Source: the human T2T-CHM13v2.0 reference genome, Homo sapiens
DNA length: 64,000 bases
Direction: 5' to 3' (one strand)
Assembly: GCF_009914755.1 (NCBI RefSeq)
Contig: NC_060929.1
Position numbers and translations under genes: made by a program. Below, piece by piece: positions 12,514 to 26,299 of the stretch. The notes beneath the pieces are model-generated. The model had not been told where the DNA came from and did no database searches. It was given only the letters and a program-made list of their open reading frames with translations. Positions within the stretch are counted from its first letter, which is position 1, and each line of letters starts with the position of its first letter.

Positions 12514-13377
12514 AACATAATTCTTTTGAAAAATAATTTTCACAGAAAATCTCTCATTTATTAGCTGAATTCCAGTATCTGCCAACCATTACAGACAAGA
12601 ATACATCTTAAAGTTGCATCATCCAACCTATTGTTAGTATTGAAATGAAGCCTCTTTCTCTTTCCCTTGAAGTGGAATCATAAACACGTACACACATACT
12701 GGCACATGTGTATCATCTGTTGTAAGCTTATTACATCTCCCTATCACCCTCAAACTCTTGGGATTCAATAACTGGAATTTCTTTAGCATGTCTTTATAGA
12801 TCTACTTATTCTTCATTTTCATCACCCTTCTTTGAGATATTTTAGCTCTCTATATCTCACTTCAGATTCTTAAAACTTGGAAGAAATGCTCCTCATTAAA
12901 GAGAGAAACTCAGTCCCCAAAAAACAAAGTCAGCCAAACATCTACAACCAAAACTGACTTTGGTAGGGTGTGCAGAAGGAGATGACACCTAATGAGACAG
13001 AGAAAGATGCAATTTAAAATCTGTCTCTCAACACAAATACTTAATTTTTAGCTTTGGTAGCCCATTTATACTATGTCACACCAATACAGTTAGAGAAATT
13101 GAAGCTGAAATTAATCTATTTCCTCTCAGCTCTGAGCCTGTCCCTTTCTAATCTTGTATAAGTAATCGTTGATTCAGATATCCTGTTATTTATGATGCTG
13201 TATCCTAGAAAATACACTCTTTGCTTAAAGCAAATGAGTTATAAACAGTTTTGCGGGTCAAATCAAACCACTCACTAAAGATGAGATTCATTAGAAGTGG
13301 AAAAGGACTGCATATATTGAAACCTCCTGCATGTCAGGCTCTAACTTAGACTTGTTATCTTATTTAACATACATAAA

Positions 13378-13422
13378 TACACACACACACACACACACAC
13401 ATACACACAGAGAGAGAGAGAG
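13378..13422. repeat. (CA)n(GA)n compound microsatellite
   Basis: Direct reading of the sequence. Confidence 0.95.
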
Positions 13423-13779
13423 ATGGTTTGGCTGTCTCCCCACTTAAATCTCATCTTGAATTGCAATCCCCATAATCCCCAGAGGGAGGGACCCAAAGAG
13501 AGGCAATTGGATTATGGGGCAGTTCCCCCCCCATAATGATATCACTCATGATAGTGAGTTCTTAAGAGATCTGATAGTTTTATAAGTGTTTGACAGCTCC
13601 TCCTTCACATGCTCTCTCTTGCCTGCTGCCATGTAAGACATGCCTTCTTCTCCTTCCCCCATGACTGTAAGTTTCCTGAGGCCTCCCCAGCCATGCAGAA
13701 CAAAGTCAATGAAACCTCCCTTCTTTATAAGCTCCCCAGTCTCAGGTAGTATCTTCATAGCAGAGAACAGACTAATAGA
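13422..13779 (+). mobile_element. MST/THE1-type solo LTR inserted in a MIR
   Basis: atggtttggctg..aatctcatcttgaattg..gtttcctgaggcctccccagccatg..cagactaata; MIR pieces on both sides. Confidence 0.9.
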
Positions 13780-15097
13780 GTAACACCAAGTAGGTAAGAG
13801 TGCTATTTTAAAAAATAAGTAAACTGGGCTCAGAGAATTTGAGCAGTATCTCCTAGGGCACACAACTATTAAGAGGTTGATCTAGAAAACAAGTCATACT
13901 GACTCCAAAGTCAATGATTTGGGGAAGGAATGAAATAGTAAGGTAGTATAAAGACTATTTCCAGAACTATACCAGGAACATCCCAACTGAAATACACATT
14001 CAGTGTAGTGACCACTTTGCAGTAGGTTAATGAATAAAAAGTGTTATGAATGTCTGGGAGTTCCCCACCAACACCCTTGACAGCCAGTCCTGAAAGCCAC
14101 AGCATTCTCATTACGTGGATAGAAGGCAGGCATATTTTCAGAAGAGAATTCCCATCAAGCTGAGAACTGTCTTAGCAGGCAGATAAGAGCTTCATGCAGC
14201 TCCCTGTCCTCTTGCCCTGCCAATCACATCCCATGTGCAGACAGCCTAAAAAAAGCCATTCCACAAATTACGAGAAGAAAAGAGGCTCTGTGAATGACTC
14301 TGCTTTGCTATTCTCCATGTGCCTAATGCATAGGTCCTCAAGAACTAGTCAGCAGCTACCATTCACTTAATGTGGCTTATATCTTGGTAATCTCATGTAA
14401 TAGGATTTTGCATCTACAATGTTAATAAAATGCCAAGTCTCAAAAGGAGTTGAAGTGAAGTAATATTCTTTTTAATTCAAAAGTCTTGCTACACATCTGT
14501 GCTTTACAATTATTTGTCTAAAACAAATCGACTCATCAGTTAATTTCCTTAACTAAAGTAGTACATAAATTAGAATATCAATTACTAAAGAATAATGACA
14601 TCAAAGTTACGGATTTAGCCATTTTATTGACTCAAAATGGATCTTTTCCTTGAGAAATATCAATAACTAAAACTATGACTAAGACAGTTAATAACAATTA
14701 ATGCATAAAGTCAGAGACCAAATCACTTTTAGCCCTGTTACAAGCATTGCCTGGTCACTAGTTTGATTTTTGACCTTGTTAATATGGATGTCAGAGGGCA
14801 TGAGGGTATACCATGTCACTTTAAAACCTAATTCTTCATGCCTAAATGGCCCTTCACCATACAATGGATGGAAAGCAGTAAATTGTATATTCCAAGCACT
14901 TCTGGTAGTATTTTTTATAAGAGAAGCTCATAGATTTTTCTGGGTTTTTTTGTTTTGTTTTGCATTGGTTTTGCTTTTATCAAATCTTTGATTTAAACTA
15001 TGTTAGATTATGCTGAAAGAAAAGCAACAGTATCAGGTTAAGTTTTCAGGGGTAAAATATGCTTATAAATAAAATAGTCCCTAACGTAAAAGAGACA

Positions 15098-15154
15098 ATG
15101 TGAAGACATCTCAAGAGAAGATGTGAAGACATCTCAAGAGAAGATATAAAGACA
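15098..15154. repeat. 23-bp tandem duplication (2 copies plus a partial)
   Basis: ATGTGAAGACATCTCAAGAGAAG x2, perfect. Confidence 0.95.
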
Positions 15155-15439
15155 GTATTACAAAGAAGAAAAATAGGCATTAAATTAGGTGACATGCCTT
15201 GGACAAGAAAAGGGAACCAAAGAGCAAAGTGTTAGAGAGGGGCTGGAAAAGGGAAACGTTCAGGCAGTTCTGAGCCCTCTTTTATTCTTCCAGGGCTGAG
15301 TAGGAGTGCTACAGAAAACACTGGAAATGTGAGAATAGGATCTCCTAGGAAAATGAGAACATAATTTTCTTCCTGCATTAGAATCACTAATAACTTTCAT
15401 ATAGCTCTTGCAGTTAAACGCACACACACACTTACATAC

Positions 15440-15610
15440 ACACTCCTTATTAAGAAATTAATGTAATTATCATCCCCATTTAAAAGATGAGAAGCCCAGT
15501 TATTAGTGATTAATTTATTTGCCCAAGTTAACCCAGCTAGTCAGAATTAGAATTCTGGCTTGAGCTCTGGTTTGCAATATCAAATATTGTGTTTTTTTTC
15601 CCATTACACC
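15440..15610 (-). mobile_element. MIR fragment
   Basis: attatcatccccatttaaaagatgagaa..ttgcccaagtt..cagctagt. Confidence 0.7.
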
Positions 15611-18600
15611 ATGTTATTCTTAATTAGCAATTGTTTGTGTGGCAAGAGAGAACACAAAAGTGATTGCTTTTTCTGCCTTTTCCCTGCTACGGAGTAAGGA
15701 TACTTTTGCTGGAACAGATTCAAGAAATGCAGGGGAAAAACGAAGCCTTAATATCCACAGAGGTTAAGAAGATCTACATAATAAAAAGCAAAGGTTAGGG
15801 GCTTGGGACGGAGACAGCAGCTCTATTGGCTCAGCTTAGGAGGCAACGTGAGGGCGACAAGGAATTCTTTTCCTACTCTAAGAGTGTCTGCAATAAATTC
15901 TGTATAAATTTTAAGTAGTAGCTTTGAGCATTAATGTAATAATCTGTTGTTTTTTTAAATAGATGTTGCCATACTTTGGGAATATATATATATATATAAT
16001 GAAATACATGTATTTCGTTTTGCTTACTGAACTGCTATTACTTTGGCTCCATACTAACATTAGACCACATGGACTCTAGGCTTATGTGGGCTTCCTTTGT
16101 GTAATATATCTTTTTAATATTCTGGTAGTAATGGTAAAATGTAAAAGCCAATACTGGAAAATTTTACAAAATAATAAAGTTAAAACAGAAACTGTGCAAA
16201 TATACAGTAAACCAAAGCCTCCAGTCTTCTTTTTTTCCCTGAACAACTTCTACCATTGGTCAAAATGGTCTATGTTTTGTTACTTGAAGGTACTGCAGAC
16301 CTTTCTGGCTTCCTATCTTTGCTCCAGTTTTCCTTTAGGAATGGCTTCTTGTGCTTTTCCAGATGAACACCATGCATCTTAATTTATAGATCTCTTCTTT
16401 AACTAAGAACTCCTTAAGAAATGCATGTGTTCATTTTGCAGGAATTCATTGAATTGTGGGGGATGCGTAAAATAAGAGATAGAAACTTAAAGGGAGTTTA
16501 CTACCTATTTGGAGATGCTATATGGAAGTAGAGAGTAGGGAACAGCCATATCCATTTCAAAGTAACCTACATAAAGTAGAAATCTTAAGACCCTTTGGAT
16601 AAGTGAATCTTCTTTAGGTATTTTGATCACTTCCACTGAGTGTAAGGCAGCTGGAAAGATGATTCAAGGGCTCATTAGCTGATTGTCAAAGCAAAATCAT
16701 TCCTAGCTTTAGCCATTTGAAAATCAAGCAGAGGAACTGGGAAGATTGCCCAGCAGGCAGCAAAGAGATGTTTCTACCACGAGACGATGAAAGAGATTTG
16801 AATATTATAAATTTAATTGCAGTCTTCATTTCTGAGCCTCCTACTGACCATAGACATTGAAAGAATTGGTCTTGTTTGTGACTCTACTAATACAAGGTCC
16901 TGATATTAGTCAAGCAATCAAATGAAGTTTCCTACATGTACTTACTTTATGCCAAGCCAACAGTTTAACAACTCAGGGTAGCAAACTGAAAAGGCTACTC
17001 TACCCAACACAGAAAAGCATGAAAGTGTGAATAGTGTATTCACACACTAGGGACAACAGGATGATGCTGTCTTATTCCCTCAATAAGTTCAGTGAATTCT
17101 TGTCCAGTGTTATGCCATCCTCTCTAGGTTTTATTTTCTTTGTGTCATGTTGGACTCCACGGATTTCTAAGCAACAGACAAAGGTAATAATCTCCTTCTT
17201 ATGATGCTATAAATACAGAGCCACCTGTTTGATTCCAAAAGGAAGGTAAAGTTCCTTTTAGATAATGGTAGAAATCCAGGTAAGGTGATATGCACTGGAA
17301 TACTTTAAAAATACACTGATATACAAGGAATATGGGAACAGAATCTAGAAAATTGTGAACAAGAAATAAGCACCCTGGTGAAGAAAAATCAAACCTCCCT
17401 AAGTACAACTTTTTCCAGGAAAGCTATAATATAAATATTGAACAAATTTGGATTCAAGACTACGTTTTTAACATAGTTAACTGTATTGCTTTCAATTAAA
17501 ATATGGTTCATATTTTATTGGTATATTAGGAATTTAAAGTGATTGTCCAATTTAGAAAAAATGCAGATACATTACAGACATTTCTTTTTTTAATGCTGTC
17601 TCCTACTTTTATATTAAACTGTTCAACTGCTGTCTAATATCTGTCCTCCATCCCCCCAGTTTCTGGCCTCTAAACAGCAGCAAACCGACTTATGTGACAT
17701 TCAGTGTCTTCTCTTCTCTCTGCTCAACCCCTAGTAAGCCACAACTAGTCAGTTCAAGTGAGAAAATACAAGTAAAAGGCAAATAAAGTGTATCAATTTT
17801 TATCCCTGAACAGTCAAGCAGGGACTAAAGTGTCTTCCAGAAATTGTCTTTTGTAACTAGAAATCTAGATATTTGAAAAACTAGAATAAAATTTGGCCAC
17901 ATAAAAAATGCCCCATTTAAAGTTGTGTTATAAGTAATTTGTATTAATTTGGGACCATAACTTTTATGCTGCTATGTGCATGGCAAAAGATAAAAAAGGC
18001 AATGTTTCAAAAAATTAATAGTGTTATTTCTACAGGGTAAGGTAATGTCACATACATCTACACATTTAAAATGAACAAGTATAATTTTAAAATTGGGGGA
18101 AAACACAGTAAGACACTTTGAGAACATATTGTCCTTGCATAAAAGACTTTTATGCAAATAAATTTTGTCTTGGTACAACAGTTCCAACAGAGTACAACTA
18201 AAACTCTACTTGATTCTAAAAGTGTATGTTCCTTTTGAATTTAATACTTAGCATTTATGACAGGATATACTTGAAGCAGTAAAAAAAAAAAAAGCACAAT
18301 TTTGCCTTTGAAAAACAAAGTAGGTTTTCTCCACAGACAAAATGAATATAATAAAAGCCAAATGTTTTAACAGATGAGTAGAGAACTCATGATTGAAAAA
18401 AAAATACAGGAACTCAAAGTCATCTTCAAAGCAAGTAGTTTCCAGAATCATACAGTGTATGTAACAGACATTTGCAGAATTTTACTGAAGTATAATCCAA
18501 CATATACAATGAATCTTTTCCAGTGAAAATAAACTTTGCCTGGGATCATAGTTATGACATATTTAATTATTTTCTGGATACTCAATTACACAATGATCAA

Positions 18601-19249
18601 CTCCGATCCCTAAAATTGATAACATAAACACCCAATAAAATGATGACACAGTAGCTTAAATTTCAGAGGGTTTTCAAAGTCTTAAATAGTTGAAATGATT
18701 TCAGTTAGCATTGGTCTCCACAGGTCTCCAAATTTTTCACAAGACAAATACAACCTCAATAAATTTCAAGAAATATTTGCTTTTGCTATTTCCAACATGT
18801 GTCAAATTTTCTACGAAGACAGAGTTTGAAGAAAAATTTTTCTGGCCTTAGTTATTTATGCCAATTGGATTCACATCAATGATACTGAAAACTCTAAGCA
18901 GCTGTTTCTGGTTCTCACCAGACTTGCAACAAAATAAAAATTCCATCTGATTAGTATCAATGTAATTTTAAAACTAACACATTCATACAAAACAAGTCCA
19001 AGACAAAAATCCCCCTAAAGTCATCTTTTCCTGGGTTCCTGATTTAAGAAGCACAAAGCTACATATACTTAAGATCTGATCAGAAAAAAAAATAAGAAGT
19101 GATAAATTCAGCAACCTCTTTTGCTGCACATTGAGCACCTTTTCAGTAAAAGCTGTGGAATTACATGTTTTTGTTCTAGAAGTATCACGTGTGGGAGGGT
19201 AGAGCTAGAGAAGAAGTCAGAGCATAATAAGTATCTCAGAAATTTAAAA

Positions 19250-19450
19250 TACTAGGCACTTTATATGTATTATCTAATGTAACCTTCCCAAAAGTTCTAT
19301 GAAGTAAATATCATTATTTATTATTCCGATTTTATGGAAGAAGAAACTGAGGCAAAGAAGTTCCAGTGATCAGATCAGGTGGCACAGTTAGTAACTAGCA
19401 GAGCACAATTTAAGCCCAAATCTGTCTAATACCAAAGTCAAAGCTTCCAA
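19250..19450 (-). mobile_element. MIR
   Basis: ccgattttatggaagaagaaactgaggcaaaga..cacagttagtaa. Confidence 0.75.
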
Positions 19451-20289
19451 TGTATTAACTACCCTACCTTTCAAGAAAATGCACAGGGTCACGACTTTTC
19501 TATAAACTGGCGCTTTATTGTCCTAGCACAGCTCTGACTAAAATTTGTGTCTAGGGTATCAATATTTCTGTGAAACCTACATCTCCTCTCAGATTACTGA
19601 TCTCTTTTTCCAGTTTCTAACCAAATGGAGAAAGGAATTATGATGTGAATTCCATAAAATTTACGTTATCAGGTTGCAAGAAGATGGGAGAGCAACTTTG
19701 TCTGTTCCCTTAGGTAGTTCCTAAAACCACTGAAACCAATCTAAAATACTTAGCTTTGTCATAGATCTCCCTCTCTCTCTCACACTCTCTATCTAGTCCA
19801 GCTTCTCTTGAAAAGAGGAAAGAGATCTGGCAGACCTGGTGAAGCATTTCTGCATACCAACAATTTTCAGGAAAATGGGCTTGAAGTCTGCAGTTCAGTG
19901 CAGCTGGTGTCACTCAGCTATTGCACCTGAAGTTTTGTTCTTCCCTAGTTGGTCCCATGGGTAGCTCTAGAGAATGTTAGTGTGCTTTAATGTATGTGAT
20001 TCTAAGTATGTCTGCTCCTGACTTTTAAAGACATGACTTTTAAAACACCAAATTCGTATTTGAGCAATACCCAATTAATATTGTGGTGGTCATTTGTAAT
20101 CCACATCATTTCCTGTTTGCTTTCCTGGGACATTGTAGCATTGTTCTTCCCTAGGTACTTGAGGTTATATGTGGCTATTAATTCGCCCTGGACAAAGAAA
20201 TGTTACCGTAAGAGACACCTGGCAATTTTAGGAAGAAGCTTTAAGTGCTAGGCTGAGAATCACTACAGTTTTTATTTTCTTTGCTATAT

Positions 20290-20440
20290 GAGGAGCTGCT
20301 CTGTGATCCTGAATACAGGCATAACGATGATGCCAAGCAGAGCCCACAGCAGCCTCAGTGGATATTTAACAAGGGAGAAAAATAAACCTGATGTCTTAAG
20401 CCATTAAGGTTTGATGGCTGTTTGCTACCACAAATAATGC
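20290..20440 (+). mobile_element. Old MLT1 (J/K-like) LTR 3' fragment
   Basis: gagaaaaataaacc..ttaagccattaaggtttgatggctgtttgctacc. Confidence 0.55.
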
Positions 20441-20865
20441 CCCCTGTTTTGATGATTACCACCACATTATGAGTGGCAGATTATAATACCTTTGCAAAAC
20501 CAGCCATCTGCTGCCTGCGGAATGTACTGGCTCACCTTTAATGTTCAGAATAAATAGCCCAGCATATACCTTGAAAGTGAAAAAGGAAGAAAGAAGGAGG
20601 AGGAAGAAGGAAGAAGAGGAGGAGGAGAAGGCAACTAAAGGCAGCAATCATTGGTAACATTGGCAGTATAGTGATAAGAGTATTCTTCCAAATATATTCC
20701 CAAGTGTTACTAGAATCACCATGGAGATTATAATACAACACAACCTAAGCTTACCTACGCCAGTGTAAGTTGTCATCATGTAAGACTTAGAATGTTGGAC
20801 TAGGAGAAATCAAGGAAGCCACATTCTTATTTTATAGAGGAAGAAATCAAGGTCAGAAAGATATT

Positions 20866-21084
20866 CAGTGCTGTGAAATAGAGCTTTCTCCAGTGATGGA
20901 AATGATATTCTGTACTGTTTAGCATAGTAGCCATTATCTATGTGCCTTAAGGAGCACTTTCTGTATGGTGGCATAATGTGATACATCTATACAGGCAACT
21001 GAGAAATTGACTTTTAATTTTACTTCATTTTAATGTATAATAAATATTCTCATGTGACTGGTGACTACTGTATTGGACAACATA
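20866..21084. mobile_element. MER3-like hAT MITE within a MIR
   Basis: cagtgctgt..aatagagctttct..gatggaaatg..gactactgtattggacaacatag. Confidence 0.75.
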
Positions 21085-21719
21085 GGTTTAAATACTTTCC
21101 CAAAGTAATAAAAGTAGTTAGCATCAAGGTCAAGATTCAAAAGCAGTTCCTCTAAACCTCAGCTTAGAGTATTTTCTAAGTTTCCTAAGAATATGGAGCA
21201 GATTGGCTCTTATCCTTATACACATATGAACAGTAACATCTGTTTTCTTCTAGTACTACTGCTTTATACATGAATTCTCCTAGACTCTGCGCTAGTATCC
21301 CATAGTAACTTACTATTTTGCCATTCTCTATGCAGTTGTAAGTATGTGACTCTAAGTATATCTGCACCTGTCTATATGAGGCATGACCTTTACACAATGA
21401 TTTTCTTTATCCTGCTGTAAACCTTAGACTTGGTAGTTGGCTTTGTGTCAAGTAACATGATTTCAGGAGTTCTCTAAAATGCTTACCTATACTCCCTTTT
21501 TATTAATTCAGGTTCTAAATAATGCTTCTCACTTTAATCTTCTCATTTTATCTTGCAAATTGATAGAATGATAAATAAGAGGTAAAGTATAAAAATATTT
21601 CATGAAAATTTCAATAAAGTGAATTCATACTGGTGTATTAAAGAGTGAGAGCTGATTCATTCCAGTGATGATTGATAAGTGAGGGAGTAGAATGTGATCA
21701 TAGGCTTGCCATCAGTGCT

Positions 21720-22280
21720 ATAATTTGTTTATTACTGAGCCCTTACTATGTGTACAAGCTTTTTACATATACTTAGTTCCAGGATCACAAAGAGGTAGAT
21801 TCTGCTTATATCTCTATTTTATGTATTTCCAAAATCACATATCCAGTAAATGAAGCTTGGTTCAAAATCAGGCAGTGAGTCTATGCCATAATAGCCTAGG
21901 CAAAATAGACAATGTGAAAATATAAGGAACTAAGAACAAAAAAAATGAGTTTCTCTCCTGTATCTGCCATGAATTTGCTCCACAAAATTGTGCAAGAAAC
22001 AACTCCCCCGAGCTCATTCCTTTATAGTAATAAAAATAGGTTGTTCTAGATGTCCTCTAAGGCAGCTAGAATACTAATAGAGTATGGAGGTGCAGATTCT
22101 AGTCCAAGCTAAAATCTCGTTGAGACCTTGGGCATTTTTCTTACTGTGCATCTTTTAGCCTGTAACTTGTCTGTAAAATGTTGCTAATATTGCCATTTTA
22201 TAGATTTGTTGTAAAGATTAAATGAAGTATGCCGCTAAAGTACCTGGCATGGTGCCTACAACTATAGAAGCTTAGAAATT
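21720..22280. mobile_element. Cluster of MIR fragments
   Basis: MIR core motifs (tctgtaaaatg..gttgtaaagattaaatga..cctggcatggtgcct). Confidence 0.55.
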
Positions 22281-23050
22281 ATAATGTCCTTTTCCCTTTT
22301 AGCACTAATATCCAAATATTCTAAGTGAAACTACCACATAAAACATTCCTTAGCCTTTCAGCAAACATTAATTAACTAAAAACACTACGTGTGATTCATT
22401 TACGATCAGGCTGTGGTATACAGCCTGATCTGCACCTGACTATATGACGCATGACCTTTACACAATGATTTTCTTTATCCTACTGTAAATCTTAGTCTTG
22501 GTAGGTGGCTTGGGTGTCAAGTAACATAATTTCAGGAATTATCTAAAATGCTTTCCTACACTCCATTGGTACCAATACAGGCAATATTGATATAAAGGGA
22601 TTATATTGATACAAAGGGAACTACTAGCCATTACTTGTGCCTGTGATGTAACAAAGGCTGTACCACATCAGTGCATAAATCACAAGGTGTATCTATATGT
22701 AAGAAAAAGAAAATTATTTGCTGAATAGCAATGAAGTCTTAATACTCAAACTAGTACATGTGTGAAACACTAGTACATCTGTCAAGCAAAATGCAATGTA
22801 ATAAGTCAAAAATTAATTTTAAGTATTCCATCATATAAAAAATGGTTATTATAAATTACATAGTATTTTCAAACATTCAAAGATTTGGGGACCAGAACTT
22901 TCCCAGATGTGGAGGGAGATAAGTACCTACAAGAACTCAATTGATAATGCATTTCAACTCAAAAGGAGAAGAGAGGATTTTTTTTCATCAATGATAAGGG
23001 GTACATATCATACAATGCAATAATAAAAAAAAGCAAAGTTGCCAACATAA

Positions 23051-23190
23051 GGAGGGATAGCATTAGGAGATATACCTAATGCTAAATGATGAGTTAATGG
23101 GTACAGCACACCAACATGGCACATGTATACATATGTAACAAACCTGCACATTGTGCACATGTACCCTAAAACTTAAAGTATAATAATAAA
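23051..23190 (+). mobile_element. Short, younger L1PA 3' end (~140 bp)
   Basis: ggagggatagcattaggagatatacctaatg..taccctaaaacttaaagtataataa. Confidence 0.92.
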
Positions 23191-23199
23191 ATTTTTAAA

Positions 23200-25125
23200 A
23201 AATGTAGCCAATCTCATCAACATTCCAAAGACTTTTTATAGAAATTTACAACTGATTCTAAAATTTATATAGGAATGCAGAAGATCTTGGAATAACCTAA
23301 GTGATTTTTTAAAAACAAGAACAAAGTTGGAGGATTTATCCTACCTGATTTCAAGACTCAGTATAAGCTATAGTAATCAAGATAGTTGGTATTAGCAAAC
23401 GGCTAAATAGTTAGATCATTGGAGTAGCATCCAGAATTAAGCCCACACTTTCATGTTCAATGGATTCTTGATAAAGGTGTCAAGGTAGGTCAATAGGAAA
23501 ATGAAAGTCTTTTAGCAAATTATGCTGAATCAACTAAATACCTGAGAGAAGAAAAATGAGCATCAATGCTTGTCTAATATCATATTAAAAATATTAACCT
23601 GAAATGGAACCTAGAAATGTATAGACATAGATATATAGAATACATATATAAAATCCAAACTACAAAATTTCTAGAAACAAAATCTTTGTGCCATTGGGAA
23701 AAACAATTCTTAGCAGAACACAGAAAGCATAAAACATTTTAAAAAGTTATAGTATGCATTTCATCAAAATTTACAAATTTTTGGTCATCAAAAAACCCCA
23801 CTAAGAAAGGGAAGCCACAGACTTGGAGAAAATATTTACAACAAATATGTAAAACAAATCACTTGTATTCAGAATATGTAAAGTATGCTTAAAACTCACT
23901 AAAAGAAAAAATAATTTTTAAAATATTTGGACAGATATTTTACCAGAGATGATATATGATTGGTCAATAAGCACATGAAAGGATGTTCAATGTTACTTGT
24001 CATCACAGAAAAATGCAAATTAAAACTGCAATGAGATAACCTCTACATATTTGTTAGAATGGCTAAACTAAAAAGACTGTCCATATCGAGTGTTGGTGAG
24101 ATGTGAAGCAGCTACAACTCTCGTACACTGCTGATGAAAATTCAGATTGGTATTTCCTAGACTTTTGAAAACTGTTTGATACTGTCATAAAATGTCAAAC
24201 ATAAACCTAATATATGATCTAGTCAAATACTCATTTTGAGGTATTTTCCCGGGATAAATGAAAACACTTGTTTACGCAAAGACTTTCATGAGAATGTTTA
24301 CAGCAGTTTTATGTGAAATAGCTAAAAACTGGAAACAACCCAAATGTTCATCAATAGGTAAATGGATAAACAAATTATGGCATATCTATATAGTACAATA
24401 CTATATACAATCAATACATCTATTGATATGTTCCATAAGGATGAAGCTCAAAACTATTACACTGAATGAAAAAAGTCAGACACAAAACAGTACATAGAGT
24501 ATGATTCCACTAGAACATATTGATATGGTTTAGCTCTGTCCCCACCCAAATCTCACCTTGAATTATACTTCCCACAATCCCCACGTATCATGGGAACAAC
24601 CCAGTGGGAGGTAATTTAATCGTGGGAGCGGTTACCCACATGCTATTCTCATGATAGTGAGTGAGTTCCATGAGATCTGATGGTCTTACAAGGGGCTTTT
24701 CCCCCTCTTGCTCGGTACTTCTCCCAGCCATCATGTGAAAAAGGACATGTTTGCTTCCCCTTCCACCATGATTTTAAGTTTCCTGAGGCCTCCCCAGCCC
24801 TGTGGAACTGTGAGTCAATTAAACCTCTTTCCTTTATAAACTACCCAGTCTCAAGTATGTCTTTATTAGCAGTGTGGGAATGGACTAATACACATATCAT
24901 CTGATCTATAGTGATAGAAAGTCTATCAGTGACTATCTGGGGACAGGGGTGAATAAAGGGAGAGATTACTGAGGGTCATGAGGAAACTTTTGGAGGTGGT
25001 GAAAGTGTTTGTTATCTTTACTGTGGTGATAGTTTCATGGATGTCCAGATATGCCAAAACTTAGCAAATTGTATATTTTAAATATGGGCAGTTTATTATA
25101 CATCAATTATCCGTCACTAAAGTTT
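23200..25125 (+). mobile_element. Old L1M ORF2 end and 3' UTR, interrupted by a THE1 LTR
   Basis: ORF2 C-terminal remnant (IAKNWKQPKCSSIGKWINKLW, 24258-24497). Confidence 0.85.
24521..24892 (+). mobile_element. THE1 solo LTR
   Basis: tgatatggttt..ggactaataca termini; 5-bp TSD CATAT (24516-24520 and 24893-24897). Confidence 0.95.
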
Positions 25126-25329
25126 TTTTTTTTTAATGCAGCAAAAATGCCATGAACAAACTTAGAAAATGGGTCAGTTAGGGCCAAAATATTTATAGCA
25201 CATATAAATAATAAAAGATAGTTTTTCAAATTTATACAACTTATTTAACTTAATAAAAGAATGACCTGCCAAATGTCAGTGTGCAAAGACTATGTATTAA
25301 CAGACTGTTTAACTTCAAAGGACAGAAGG

Positions 25330-25410
25330 ATGCCAGGAAGGAAGAGAGGGAGGGAAGGAGAGATGGAAGGAGGAAGGAGGGAAGGAGGGGAAGAGGGGAG
25401 GAAGAAAGGC
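25330..25410. repeat. GA-rich low-complexity tract
   Basis: (GGAA/GGGA)n-like purine run. Confidence 0.85.
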
Positions 25411-26299
25411 CAGTAAGAAATATCCAGTAAGCATATACTGGTCAAAATGACATCCTTTTTTTCTTCGTATCCCTATACTGGCAATGGTGTGGTTGAAGAG
25501 ACAATTTAAAAAGATAAACTGATGAAAACTTGTTGGATAGGCAATTAGTCAATACCTACCAAATTTTAAAATTTGCATACTCTTTGATTTAAAAATTACA
25601 AATTAATATATTTGTATAAGGATGCTGATTGTAGAATTGAAAAAAACCACACACAAAATAGCCTAAATGTCTATTCGTAGGAAGAGACTTAATAAATTAT
25701 GATATAACATGCAATAAAATATTATGCAGTTTTGTGAAAATAAACTCACTGACATAGTAATATCTCCTAGATACAATAGACGAAAAGGGCAAGATACAGA
25801 ACAGTATGTGGTATAACTGTTTCCTTATTAAATTTTTTCTTAAAAGACACATACACCACTGGGAATATTGATATGCATAATTTTTCTGATAGAAAATGCA
25901 CAAGCTGTTAGACACTGTTAAGGGATTGCCTTTTAGGAAAAGGATTGGGTTAAGAAGGAAATATTTTTTTCTTTTCCATTTTATGTCTTTCAGTGTGGTT
26001 TAAATTCTACAAAATGTTTTACTTTCTTTTGTATGTCAAAAGAAATTTCTTCAGGAATAAGACGTTATTGCTTATTTCTCCTTTCACAAAGTTGATAATC
26101 AAAAACACTAAATTTTTAAGAATAGCTTCATTAATGAATGATTACATTTTACAATAGAAAGAATTTTGATCTGCAGGCAAGGAAGGTGAAGATAGTTGAC
26201 CTTCCTAAACAACGCTGGTGAGACATCCAGGACTCAAGTCTTTCACTGACTACACATCTTATTTAAATTTCTAATACACCATTGATTATTGGCTCAGCA

